Shown here: piece by piece, positions 22,385 through 35,285 of the stretch
Layout: each line of letters begins with the position of its first letter
Numbering within the stretch: position 1 is the stretch's first letter
From: Squalus acanthias
Lineage: Eukaryota
Direction of reading: 5' to 3'
Assembly (NCBI GenBank): GCA_030390025.1
Contig: JASTWF010000036.1
Location: 620,001 to 684,000 of the forward strand
Length of the DNA stretch: 64,000 nucleotides
Position numbers and translations under genes: made by a program
The notes under the pieces: model-generated
Database searches by the model: none
Seen by the model: only the letters and a program-made list of their open reading frames with translations
Told to the model about the DNA's origin: nothing

Positions 22385-23815
22385 GCTATGTAAACTAAAG
22401 GGTACAATCCTAAAGGGGGTGCATGAACAGAGAGACCTGGGGGTATATGTGCACAAATCGTTGAAGGTGGCAGGCAGGTTGAGAAAGCTTCATAAATAGA
22501 ATCTTAGGGCTGGATTTTGATACTGGGGCAGGATGGGGTCGTGTCATCCACTTTTCGTGTTATCCACCCGACTGCAATTGGATGTGGGAGATTGATGCAA
22601 TTTTCACCTAATTGGGCAATTGAGTTCCAGCATGTGGGAACCCATGAACCAATTAGTGTTTTCAGTCTGAAAGTCGCCTTTGATGATGTCATCATTGCTG
22701 CTGCATTGAAGGTCTTGAAAGACTGCCTGGCCTTTGCTGTGAGAGGACCTGCAAAATGAGCAGCAGCAGTCCTAAGTCTGCTCCCAGATATTTTTACACC
22801 ACCACTCCCAGATATGTCTCCTCTCCATCCATCCATATATACATCCATCCCCATATGCATCCCCATAGCCAGCCAGCCAGCCAGCCTCAACTCAACTCAA
22901 CTCAACTACCCTTATCCAAATGTGCTCCCGCCAGGTTTCACAATCGTGGTTCAGAACAGGCGTGCTTCACGTATAACAAGGGTTAAAATCACAAAGGCCT
23001 TTCAAAATGGCATTATAGAGCCAATTTAGTGCTTGTTAAGGACCTTAACAGCCTATCCCGTCTCTTAAAGGCGGGACGGAGTCGGGACCAACAGACACGA
23101 TTTCATAAAAATTGCGTGGAGGCGGGATGGAGGCAGACTTGTGCCAATTTTAACCCCCCACACGCCTCCAAACCCGCCTCCACGGGTCAATGAAAATCCA
23201 GCCCATAGAGTACAAAAGTGTGGAAGTTATGATGAAACTTTATAAAACACTGGTCCAACCACAATTGGAGTATTGTGTCCAATTCTGGGCACCGCACTTT
23301 AGGAAGGATGGGAAGGCCTTAGAGAGGGTGCAGAAAAGATTTACGAGAATGGTTCTTGGGGATGAGGGATTTCAGTTACGTGGATAGACTGGAGAAGCTG
23401 GGGTTGTTCTCCTTGGAGCAGAAAAGGTTGAGAGGAGATTTGATAGAGGGGTTCAAAATCATGAGGGGTCTAGACAGAGTAGACAGAGGGAAACTGTTCC
23501 CATTGGTGGAAGGGTCGAGAACCAGAGGACACAGATTTAAGGTGATTGGCAGAAGAACCAAAGGCGGCATGAGGAAAAACTTTTTTACACAGCGAGTGGT
23601 TGTGATCTGGAATGCACTGCCTGAAAGGGTGGTGGAGGCAGACTCAATCATGGCTTTCAAAAGGGAGTTGGATAAGTACCTGAAGGAAAACAAATTGCAG
23701 GACTACGGGGAAAGGGCGGGGGAGTGGGTCTAGCTGAAGTGCTCTTGCAGAGAGCCGGCACAGGCTCGATGGGCCGAATGGCCTCTTTCTGTGCTGTAAC
23801 CATGCTATGATTCTA
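22385..23815 (+). mobile_element. CR1-type LINE 3' fragment interrupted by a MITE
   Basis: [19 protein letters not shown] and [16 protein letters not shown]. Confidence 0.88.
22507..23204. mobile_element. MITE of the same family as 17983-18779, in opposite orientation
   Basis: TIR GGGCTGGATTTT ... AAAATCCAGCCC, flanked by TTA/ATA; reverse complement of the right end (attgacccgtggaggcgggtttggaggc) matches the left end of the 17983 copy. Confidence 0.78.
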
Positions 23816-24159
23816 AAGTTCTAAATAAAACAGAGGGGATCTTAGCCCTTGACCTCTGCCACCTAGAAGGACAAGGGCAGCAGGCGCACGGGAACACCAC
23901 CACCTCCACGTTCCACCTCCAAGTCACACACCATCCTGACTTGGAAATATATCGGCCGTTCCTTCATCGTCGCTGGGTCAAAATCTTGGAACTCCCTCCC
24001 TAACAGCACTGTGGGAGTACCTTCACCACACGGGACTGCAGCGGTTCAAGAAGGTGACTCACCACCACCTTCTCAAGGGCACCTAGGGATGGGCAATAAA
24101 TGCCGGCCTTGCCAGCGATGCCCACAAACTGTGAATGAATAAATTCACAGAAGATTCCT

Positions 24160-24980
24160 CAACCCCTTCCCATTCACTCCCATTGTACAGAATCCCAATG
24201 GACCCATACCCCTTCCCATCCACAGCCACTGTACAGAATGCCAATGGACCCAACCCCTTCCCATTCACTCCCACTGTACAGTATGCCAATGGACCCAACC
24301 CCTTCCCATTCACTCCCACTGTACACAATCCCAATGGACCAAACCCCTTCCCATTCACTCCAATTGTACAGAATCCCAATGGACCCAACCCCTTCCCATT
24401 CACTCCCACTGTACACAATCCCAATGGACCCAACCCCTTCCCATTCACTCCAATTGTACAGAATCCCAATGGACCCAACCCCTTCCCATTCACTCCCACT
24501 GTACACAATCCCAATGGACCCAACCCCTTCCAATTCACTCCAATTGTACAGAATCCCAATGGACCCAATCCCTTCCCATTCACTCCCACTGTACACAATC
24601 CCAATGGACCCAAACCCTTCCCATTCACTCCCACTGTACACAATCCCAATGGACCCAACCCCTTCCCATTCTCTCCCACTATAAACAATCCCAATGGACC
24701 CGACCCCTTCCCATTCACTCCCATTGTACAGAATCACAATGGTCCCAAACCCCTTCCATTCACTCCCACTGTACACAATCCCAATGGACCCAAACCCTTC
24801 CCATTCACTCCCACTGCACACAATCCCAATGGTCCCAATCCCTTCCCATTCACTCCCACTGTACACAATCCCAATAGACCCAAACCCTTCCCATTCACTC
24901 CCACTGTACACAATCCCAATGGTCCCAATCCCTTCCCATTCACTCCCATTGTACAGAATCCCAATGGACCCAACCCCTTT
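24160..24980. repeat. 45-bp minisatellite, about 18 units
   Basis: Unit cccaatggacccaaccccttcccattcactcccactgtacacaat. Confidence 0.95.
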
Positions 24981-25226
24981 CTTTCTCTCTTGGCAGAAGC
25001 TGTCTTGTGTCTCTTTTATTATACGCAGATCTGAAGAGAGAGAAAATTAGATTTAAGATAAACCAGATGGCACATCCTTATAGAATATTACAGTTGCGGT
25101 TTTTCACTCAAAAATTAATCTGTTTCTGTTTAGAAAGACTTCTACACATGAAATGGCGACATTTATTTTGATCGAAACCCCCTCCCTGCCCAGGAAAGAA
25201 AGAAAGAAAGAAAGAAAGAAAGAATT

Positions 25227-26275
25227 CGCATTTCTCCAGCACCTTTCACCACCTCAGGACGTCCCAAAGCGCTTCACAGCCAATTAAATACTTTTTTTGA
25301 AGTGTGGTCACTGTTGTAATGTAGGAAACACGACAGCCAATTTGCACACAGCAAGCTCCCACAAACAGCAATGTGATAAATGACCAGATAATCTGTCTTA
25401 GTGATGTTGGTTGAGGGATAAATATTGGCCCCAGGACACCGGGGAGAACTCCCCCCTGCTCTTCTTCGAAATAGTGGCCGTGGGATCTTTTACGTCCACC
25501 TGAGAGAGCAGACGGAGCCTCGAGTTTGAACATATCATCTGAAAGACGGCACCTCAGACAGTGCGGCGCTCCCTCAGTGCAGCGCATCCGACAGTGCGGC
25601 GCTCCCTCAGTACTGCCCCTCCGACAGTGCGGCGCTCCCTCGGTACCGCCCCTCCGACAGTGCGGTGCTCCCTCAGTACTGCCCCTCCGACAGTGCGGCG
25701 CTCCCTCAGTACTGCCCCTCCGACAATGCGGCGCTCCCTCAGTACCGCCCCTCCGACAGTGCGGCGCTCCCACAGTACCGCCCCTCCGACAGTGCGGCGC
25801 TCCCTCAGTACTGCCCCTCCGACAGTGCGGCGCTCTCTCAGTACCGCCCCTTCGACAGTGCCGCGCTCCCTCAGTACCGCCCCTCCGACAGTGCGGCGCT
25901 CCCTCAGTACTGCCCCTCTGACAGTGCGGCGCTCCCTCAGTACTGCCCCTCCGACAGTTCGGCGCTCCCTCAGTACTGCCCCTCCGACAGTGCCGTGCTC
26001 CCTCAGTACTGCCCCTCCGATAGTGCGGCACTCCCTCAGTACTGTCCCTCCGACAGTGCGGTGCTCCCTCAGTACTGCCCCTCCGACAGTGCGGCGCTCC
26101 CACAGTACCGCCCCTCCGACAGTGCGGTGCTCCCTCAGTACTGCCCCTCCGACAGTGCCATGCTCCCTCAGTACTGCCCCTCCGACAGTGCGGCGCTCCC
26201 TCAGTACTGCCCCTCCGACAGTGCGGCGCTCCCTCAGTACTGCCCCTCCGACAGTGCGGCGCTCCCTCAGTACCG
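25227..26275 (-). mobile_element. Headless Deu-SINE with about 22 units (25550-26272)
   Basis: Tail ending in a (TTTC)n run on the element strand, Deu domain and array. Confidence 0.87.
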
Positions 26276-26877
26276 GACATATATCAGCCGTTCCTTCGTC
26301 GTCGCTGGGTCAAAATCCTGGAACTCCCTCCCTAACAGCACTGTGGGGGCACCTTCGCCACACGGACTGCAGCGGTTCAAGAAGGCGGCTCACCACCACC
26401 TTCTCGAGGGGCGACTGGTGATGGGCAATAAATGCTGGGCCTTGCCCGTGACGCCCACACTCCCGGGAATGAATTAAAAAGAAGTCTCATCCTCTGTAAA
26501 CTAGCTTAAATATTTTTTTATATAAACAGGCAATTGGAGAAACAGCATCTGATCGGTTCAGAAGGGTTTGATTACATTTGCACAGGAGAGTTGATTGGAC
26601 CATGTGCGGAATTGGAGTGCGTAACCCAAGATCTGAATCAGGCCACAATCGTAAACTCCTTGAACTCCAGCTCCACTCTCCGTGAGTCATTAATGACCTC
26701 CATTCCCACTTGTAACTGGAATTGTCTGCCACATGCCCCGGGGTGAATTTGGGAAGCGAATAACGCTTTCGCTGCCTCGGATCCGCAGTGACGAGAGGCA
26801 AGTCGGATTTCAAACCCTCTCTGTTCGCGTACTGTCGGACACCTCCTCCATAAAGCTGTCTTCTCTCCTCTATCGGG

Positions 26878-27885
26878 TGTCAGCCGTGGCTCAGAGCGTA
26901 GCATCCTCTCTCTCGCCTCTGAGGCAGAGGGCAGTGGGTTGGACACTCCACTGCAGAGACTCGAGCCCCATAATCCAGGCCGACGCTCCCCAGTGCCAGT
27001 ACCGAGGGAGCGCCGCACTGTCGGAGGGGCAGTGCCGAGGGAGCGCCGCACTGTCGGAGGGGCAGTGCTGAGTGAGCGCCGCACTGTCGGAGGGGCGGTA
27101 CTGAGGGAGCGCCGCACTGTCGGAGGGGCAGTGCTGAGGGCGCGCCGCACTGTCGGAGGGGCGGTACTGAGGGAGCGCCGCACTGTCAGAGTTGCAGTAC
27201 TGAGGGAGCGCCGCACTGTCGGAGGGGCGGTACTGAGGGAGCGCCGCACTGTCGGAGGGACGGTACTGAAGGAGCGCCGCACTGTCGGAGGGGCAGTGCT
27301 GAGGGAGCGCCGCGCTGTCGGAGGAGCAGTTCTGAGGGAGTGCCGCACTGTCGGAGGAGCAGTACTGAGGGAGCGCCGCACTGACGGAGGGGCAGTACTG
27401 AGGGAGCGCCGCACTGTCGGAGGAGCAGTTCTGAGGGAGCTCCGCACTGTCGGAGGAGCAGTACTGAGGGAGCTCTGCTCTGACGGAGGGGCAGTACTGA
27501 GGGAGCCTCTGTCGGAGGGGCAGTACTGAGGGAGTGCCACACTGTCGGAGGTGCCGTCTTTCAGATGAGACGTTAAACCGAGGCCCCGTCTGCCCTCTCA
27601 GGTGGGTGTAAAAGATCCCACGGCCACTATTTCGAAGAAGAGCAGGGGGGAGTTCTCCCCGGTGTCCTGGGGCCAATATTTATCCCTCAATCAACATCAC
27701 TAAAAAAAAAACTGAATTATCCGATCATTTATCACATTGCGGTTTGTGGGAGCTTGCTGTGCAAAAATTGGCTGCCGCGTTTCCTACATTACAACATTGA
27801 CTGCACTTTGAAAAAAGTACTTCATTGGCTGTGAAGGGCTTTGGGACGTCCTGAGGTGGGGAAAGGCGCCGGAGAAATGCAAGTT
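26878..27885 (+). mobile_element. Full-length Deu-SINE with about 17 units (26998-27550)
   Basis: Head gtcagccgtggctcag, array, Deu domain and tail. Confidence 0.88.
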
Positions 27886-28419
27886 CCTGTCGTCTTTGGC
27901 AAATATACTTGGTGGGTCTTTAATGGGAGTCATACTTTGGAATGATCTAATTGTGATGTCGTTGAACTGTGACACACATACACTATGTGGGTTTATTTTC
28001 TTTAAACGAAGCTCATATTCTTCATGGCTGGGACATTAGTCATCATGCAGGAACTGACTGGGACAGTCTTCTCCGCGCTGTTGGACTTATCTCGGTGCAC
28101 TGCCCATAGATGTCCCTCTGCAATCCAGCTAACCGTCAGTCCCAGAGTAATCCAGGATTTCGCAGAACATTGAATGTAGGTCAGTCAAGGTTTTACCCAA
28201 TTACAGTAACACATTGGCAAGGAACGTTCATTCAAAAACCTTAATAACTAACAGGTCCGCATTCAGGGTGGGGCTGTAGATTGTACAATGTGCAGGAAAG
28301 CCACTGCTCTCCCATTAACCCTCCCAGATGTTAACTGGCTGAGTCCCAGAGGCCGGCTCCCCTTTCTTTCCTCCTCCCCCACATTGTGGTCAACCTGGTT
28401 CCAGCTCCACTCCACATCC

Positions 28420-29360
28420 AGATCTAGGCGGACACCCCCCAGTGCAGTGCTGAGGGAGCGTCGCACTGTCGGAGGGGCGGTACTGAGGGAGCGCCGCACT
28501 GTCGGAGGGGCAGTACTGAGGGAGCGCCGCACTGTCGGAGGGGCAGTACTGAGGGAGCACCGCACTGTCGGAGGGGCAGTACTGAGGGAGCACCGCACTG
28601 TCGGACGGCTAGTACTGAGGGAGCGCCGCACTGTCGGAGGGGCAGTACTGAGGGAGCACCGCACTGTCGGAGGGGCAGTACTGAGGGAGCACCGCACTGT
28701 CGGAGGGCTAGTACTGAGGGAGCGCCGCACTGTCGGAGGGGCAGTACTGAGGGAGCGCCGCACTGTCGGAGGGGCGGTACTGAGGGAGCACCGCACTGTC
28801 GGAGGGGCGGTACTGAGGGAGCGCCGCACTGTCGGAGGGGCAGTACTGAGGGATCGCTGCACTGTCGGAGGGTCAGTACTGAGGGAGCGCCGCACTGTCG
28901 GAGGGGCGGTACTGAGGGAGCGCCGCACTGTCGGAGGGGCGGTACTGAGGGAGCGCCGCACTGTCGGAGGGGCAGTACTGAGGGAGCGCCGCACTGTCGG
29001 AGGGGCGGTACTGAGGGAGCGCCGCATTGTCGGATGTGCCATCTTTCGGATGATTCGTTAAACCGAGGCCCCGTCTGCCCTCTCAGGTGGATGTGAAAGA
29101 TCCCACGGCCACTAGAAGAGCAGGTGGGGGGGGAGTTCTCCCCGGTGTCCTGGGGCCAATATTTATCCCTCAACTAACATCACTGAAAGAAACAGATTAT
29201 CTGGTCATTTATCACATTGCTGTTTGTGGGAGCTTGCTGTGCGCAAATTGGCTGTCGCGTTTCCTACATTACAACAGTGACCACACTTCAAAAAAAGTAC
29301 TTAATTGGCTGTGAATCACTTTGGGACATCCGGAGGTCGTAATAGACGCTGGAGAAAATG
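28420..29360 (+). mobile_element. 5'-truncated Deu-SINE with about 18 units (28445-29035)
   Basis: Array, Deu domain and tail. Confidence 0.87.
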
Positions 29361-29719
29361 TATTTTTCACTCCAAATCGTTCCCGAGTCAGAGCCAAGCT
29401 CCCCATGCTTGGCGTTCGCTGGTTGACGGGATATAAAATCCCAGCTGTCCACCTAAGGCGGGAGAACGGGCAGCTGGGTCAAGGGTCGCTCTCTCCCCTC
29501 GCACTCTCTCTCTCTCTCTCTTTTGAACGGTCTGTCCAGGAGTTTCAACAATGGAAAGCCAGCCAAGAATCACTTCCTGATGAAAATCTGGAATCTCCCT
29601 GCAGCTGGTATCTGGGGCTTGGGAATTCTGGTGGAGTGTGTCAGCTCTGACTCCCCTTCCAGAGGGTTGATTCGGTTGAGTGCACTGACCAGGAATGTTC
29701 CTGTTGGTTTCTCGGAGGT

Positions 29720-32110
29720 GGAGGATTGCGTCCAGTTCTGTTCACCGCACTTTAGGAAGGATGTGAAGGCCCTTGAGAGGGTGCAGAGGAGATTTACCAG
29801 AATGGTTCCGGGGGATGGGGGATCTTAGCTACAAGGACAGGTTGGAGAAGCTGGATTTGTGTTCATTAGAGCAAAGGAGGTTGAGGGGTGATTTGATAGA
29901 GGTGTACAAGATTATGACGGGTTTGGATAGGCTAGACGGGGGAAAGGCTGTTCCCACTAGTTGACGGTACAAGGACTAGGGGACACAGATTTAAGGTTTT
30001 GGGCAAGAGATACAGGGGGGATGTGAGGATAAACTTTACGCAGCGAGTGGGGAGGACCTGAGACTTGTGGTGGAAGCGGAGACTCTCAATGTTTTCAAGG
30101 GGAGACTGGATAAGGCACTTGAGGGAAATAAACTTGCAGGGCTACGGGGATAGAGCGGGGGCCGGGGGGGGGAATGGGACTGACTGGATCGGTCTACAGA
30201 GAGCTGGCACGGACTTGATGGGCCGAATGGCCACCTTCTGTGCCGTTATGACTCTATGACTATCCCCTGTGGGAGCGAGTTCCACATTCTCACCACTCTC
30301 TGGGCAAAGAAGTTTCTCCTGAATTCCCCATTGGGTTTATTAGTGACCACCTTATAATTGATGGCCCCTCTAGTTCTAGGTCTCCCCCCCCCCACCCCCC
30401 CCCAAACCCTCCGACACACACACACAAGTGGAAATATCTTCCCTACGTCTATCCTATGTGCAGTTTTGGTCGCCTTATCTGAGGAAGGAGGTTCTTGCCA
30501 TGGAAGGAGTTCTGCGAAGATTCACAAGGCTGATACCTGGGATGGCAGGAATGACGTATGAGGAGAGATTGGGTCGATTGGGCTTATACTCGCTGGAGTT
30601 TAGAAGAATGAGAGGGGATCTCATTGAAACTTATAAAATTCTGACAGGACAGGACAGGACAAACTAGATGCAGGAAGGATGTTCCCGATGGCGGGGAGTC
30701 CAGAACAAGAGGTCACAGTCTAAGGATAACGGGTAAGCCATTTAGGACAGAGATGAGGAGGAATTTCTTCACCCAGAGAGTGGTGAACCTGTGGAATTCT
30801 CTACCACAGAAGGCAGTTGAGGCCAATTCATTAAATATATTCAAGAAGGAGTTAGATATATTTCTTAAGGTTAAAGGGACCAAGGGATATGGGGAGAAAG
30901 CAGGGACAGGGTACTGAATTTGGATGATCAGCCATGATCGCATTGAATGGCGGAGCAGGCTCGAGGGGCTGAATGGCCTGCTCCTGCCTTCTATGTTTCT
31001 ATGTTTAATCAGCACAGTCGCGCAGCACTCGTGGGTCCTGCGCAGCCAGCGAGCCGGCTTTCAAATTGAAAAAAAACGCACACGTAAAAAAAAATTACAG
31101 GGAACATTGGTGGTGGGCCTTTTAAAAGATGGCAGATTATTTCAGCTCCCTCGAGCCTGTTACATCAGGAACAGGAGGGCTGTACAGGGTGGTGGTGAGA
31201 CCACACCTGGAGTACTGCGTACAGTCTTGGTCTCCATATTTAAGGAGGGATATACTTGCATTGGAGGCAGTTCAGAGAAGGCTCACTAGGTTGATTCCGG
31301 AGTTGAAGGGGTTGTCTTATGAGGAAAGGTTGAGCAGGTTGGGCCTTTACTCATTGGAGTTTAGAAGAATGAGAAGTGATATTATTGAAACATAAGATTC
31401 TGAGGGGGGATTGACAGGGTAGATGCTGGGAGGATGTTTCCCCTCGTGGGGGAATCTAGAACTAGGGGGGCATAGTTTCAGAATAAGGGGGCACCCATTT
31501 AAGACGGAGAGGAGGAGGAATTCCTTCTCTCAGAGGGTCGTGAATCTCTGGAATTCTCTACCCCAGAGAGCTGTGGAGGCAGAGTCAGTGAACATATCCA
31601 AGGCGGAGTTAGATATATTTCTTAAGGCTAAAGGGATCAAGGGATATGGGGAGAAGGCAGGGACAGGGTACTGAATTTGGATGATCAGCCATGATCGCAT
31701 TGAATGGCAGAGCAGGCTCGAGGGGCCGAATGGCCTACTCCTGCTCCTATATTCTATGATTCTATGATTCTATCAAGTTTTTTTCTCTTATAACCACTAC
31801 ACTACCGTTACCCATCCGGCCTGCAGCACGTCAGCAGTGCCAGAAGATGGTGCTAGCAAGCTCTGCGTGCGATCTCTTTGGTTCCAGGTTTCTACGAGCC
31901 TTTGTGTGAAGAAGTGCTTCCTGACATCACCCCTGAACGGCCTGGCTCTAATTTTAAGGTTATGCCCCCCCTTGTTCTGGACTCCCCCCACACCAGAGGA
32001 AATAGTCTCTCTCTCTATCGACCCCATCGAATCCTTTAAACACCTCGATCGGATCAACCCCTTCATCTTCCACACTCGAGGGAACACAAGCCCAGTCTGT
32101 GCAACATGTC
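29720..32110. mobile_element. Cluster of at least five CR1-type LINE 3' fragments in mixed orientation
   Basis: Repeated CVQFWSP, LYSLEFRRMR and [11 protein letters not shown] frames; TTCTATGA/TTCTATGT tails at about 30255, 31000 and 31750-31772. Confidence 0.85.
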
Positions 32111-32544
32111 CTCGTGATTCGGCCACTGGCAATTGAACTGGGCCTGATTAAGAACTCGAGGCTCCAGGCAAGTCTTTGAGGCCAGATTTGGTCAGACACC
32201 CAATAGGCAATTCTCCCCGTTACTGACAGCAGTATCGATGATGTCTGACCCCCTAAAGCGGGGGTCGAAAATGTTGTCGGAGGCGGAATGGGGGGGGGGG
32301 GGCGGGGGGGGTTGAGGTGAGGGGTCACCTAATCCACCCCATACACCTCAAGGTATTGGGCCAATGTGGGAAAGGGAGGAAGAGGGGAGGTCTACGATCT
32401 TGTCAATTTCCATGGGGCTGGGAGGTCAGGTACAATGTTAGACTGAGCCTCACGTCAACCTATTAACGACAAGGCAGAATGAGCCAACTTTTACACCCTT
32501 TCCCCATCTCTCTCGTGCACTCCCTTCATCCCTCACACATGATT

Positions 32545-33720
32545 TGTCTTTCTCACATTCTCTCCATCTGTCTCTCACACTCTCTCCATCTCTCACTCTC
32601 TCCATCTCTCACTCTCTCCATCTCTCTCACTCTCTCCATCTCTCTCACTCTCTTCTTCTCTTACTTTCTCCCTCTCTCACACTCTCCATCTCTCACTCTC
32701 TCCATCTCACTCTCTCCATCTCTCACTCTCTCCATCTCTCTCACTCTCCATCTCTCTCACTCTCTCCATCTCTCTCACTCTCTCCATCTCTTACTCTCTC
32801 CCTCTCTCACTCTCTCCATCTCTTACTCTCTCCCTCTCCATTTTTCACTCTCTCCATCTCTCACACTCTCCATCTCTCACTCTCCCCATCTCTCACTCTC
32901 TCCATCTCTTACTCTCTCCATCTCTCACACTCTCCATCTCTTACTCTCTCCATCTCTTACTCTCTCCATCTCTCGCACTCTCCATCTCTCACTCTCGCCA
33001 TCTCTCACTCTCTCCATCTCTCACTCTCTCCATCTCTCTCACTCTCTCCATCTCTCTCACTCTCTTCTTCTCTTACTTTCCCCTCTCTCACACTCTCCAT
33101 CTCTCACTCTCCATCTCACTCTCTCCATCTCTCACTCTCTCCATCTCTCTCACTCTCCATCTCTCTCACTCTCTCCATCTCTCTCACTCTCTCCATCTCT
33201 TACTCTCTCCCTCTCTCACTCTCTCCATCTCTTACTCTCTCCCTCTCCATTTTTCACTCTCTCCATCTCTCACACTCTCCATCTCTCACTCTCCCCATCT
33301 CTCACTCTCTCCATCTCTTACTCTCTCCATCTCTCACACTCTCCATCTCTTACTCTCTCCATCTCTTACTCTCTCCATCTCTCGCACTCTCCATCTCTCA
33401 CTCTCGCCATCTCTCACTCTCTCCATCTCTCACTCTCTCCATCTCTCACTCTCCCCATCTCTCACTCTCTCCATCTCTTACTCTCTCCATCTCTCACACT
33501 CTCCATCTCTTACTCTCTCCATCTCTTACTCTCTCCATCTCTCGCACTCTCCATCTCTCACTCTCGCCATCTCTCACTCTCTCCATCTCTCACTCTCTCC
33601 ATCTCTCATACATTCCCCATCTCTCATATCCTCTCTATCTCATACCCATTCTATCTCTCACACACTCTCTCCATCTCTCACACCTTCTCTAACCCTCATA
33701 CACTCCATCTCTCTCACACA
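32545..33720. repeat. Pyrimidine-rich complex repeat (CTCTCCATCTCTCACT-like) with an internal ~420-bp duplication
   Basis: Direct reading; the marker ctctccatttttcactc occurs at about 32835 and 33243. Confidence 0.93.
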
Positions 33721-34299
33721 TTCTTTGGATCGCTCTTTGTCGACCGGCGTGGACACGATGGGCCGAAATGGCCTCCTTCCGTGCTGTAGATTTCTATGAC
33801 TTCTATCATTCTATCTCTCACTCTCTCCATCTGCCACATTCTCTCCATCTTTCATATCCCTATCACACTCTTGCCATCTCTTACACTTTCACATTCTCCA
33901 TCTTTCACAATTTCTCCATCTCTCACACTCTCTCCGATTCTCGCACTCTCCATCTCACACTCTCTCTAACTCTCACACACTCACTCCATCTTTGCTGCTC
34001 CTTCTCCATTCCCCACATTTTCTCCTTCTCCTCTTCCCTCACTCACTCCCTTCATACAAACTGTTTGTCTCACACACAAACACACACTTGCTCTGACACT
34101 CCCCGTCTTTCAGACACACACACACTCAATCCCTTACACACGCGTGTGCAACATCTTTTGATGACAGCACCAAGTATACACACACACACACGGTGTCCAC
34201 AGGCAGAGACCACCCAACGTTCACAGGTACAGGAACAGGTGGGGCCGTGAGAGGGGAAGCAATCCCTAGTTTGCTATGTAAATGAAATAAATTAATGTG

Positions 34300-35285
34300 T
34301 GTCAGCCGTGGCTCAGTTGGTAGCACTCTCGTCTCTGGGTCAGAAGGTTGTGGGTTCGAGTCCCACTCCAGAGACTTGAGCACAAAAATCTAGGCTGACA
34401 GTCCCAGTGCAGTGCTGAGGGAGCGCCGCACTGTCGGAGGGGGCGGTACTGAGGGAGCGCCGCACTGTCGGAGGGGCAGTACTGAGGGAGCGCCGCACTG
34501 TCGGAGGGGCGGTACTGAGGGAGTGCCGCACTGTCGGAGGGGCAGTACTGAGGGAGCGCCGCACTGTCAGAGGGGCGGTACCAAGGGAGCGCCGCACTGT
34601 CGGAGGGGTGGTACCGAGGGTGCGCCGCACTGTCAGAGGGGCGGTACCGAGGGAGCGCCGCACTGTCGGAGGGGCAGTACCGAGGGAGCGCCGCACTGTC
34701 GGAGGGGCTGTACTGAGGGAGCGCCGCACTGTCAGAGGGGCTGTACTGAGGGTGCGCTGCACTGTCGGAGGGGCGGTACTGAGGGAGCGTCGCACTGTCG
34801 GAGGTGCAGTACTGAGGGAGCGCCGCACTGTCGGAGGGGCGGTACTGAGGGAGCGCCGCACTGTCGGAGGGGCAGTACTGAGGGAGCGCCGCACTGTCGG
34901 AGGGGCGGCACTGAGGGAGCGCCGCACTGTCGGAGGGGCAGTACTGAGGGAGCGCCGCACTGTCGGAGGTGCCGTCTTTCGGATAAGACATTAAGTCGAG
35001 GGCCCCGCCTGCCCTCTCGGGTGGACGTAAAAGATCCCACGGCCACCATTCGAAGCATTCTTCGATATTTGTCCCACAGTCAACACCACTAAAAAGAAAA
35101 ACCCCAGACCGTCTGGTCGTTCGGCTCATCGTCTGTCTGCGGGAGCTTGCTGTGCGCAAATTGGTCTGCCCACATCGCTGGCCGCGTCCTTCCAAAGGGG
35201 AAAAAGTACTTCATGGGCTGGGAAAGAAAGGGCTTTGGGAGGTCTCTGAGGTGGTGAATGGCACTGTCGGAATGAATGCAAGTTC
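34300..35285 (+). mobile_element. Full-length Deu-SINE with about 17 units (34410-34968) and the best-preserved Pol III head
   Basis: A-box TGGCTCAGTTGG, B-box GGTTCGAGTCC, array, Deu domain and diverged tail. Confidence 0.88.

Noticed and set aside
24135..25034. 299-aa Pro/Asn-rich ORF on the plus strand
   Set aside because: It starts in a LINE tail and is a translation of the 45-bp repeat; several frames are similarly open.
26530..26681. Possible plus-strand exon (aaacAG ... C|GTGAGT, open frame QLEKQHLIGSEGFDY...)
   Set aside because: No recognisable homology and no partner exons; such signals arise by chance.
34300..34375. tRNA gene
   Set aside because: The A/B boxes belong to the SINE head; there is no complete cloverleaf and it runs straight into the SINE body.
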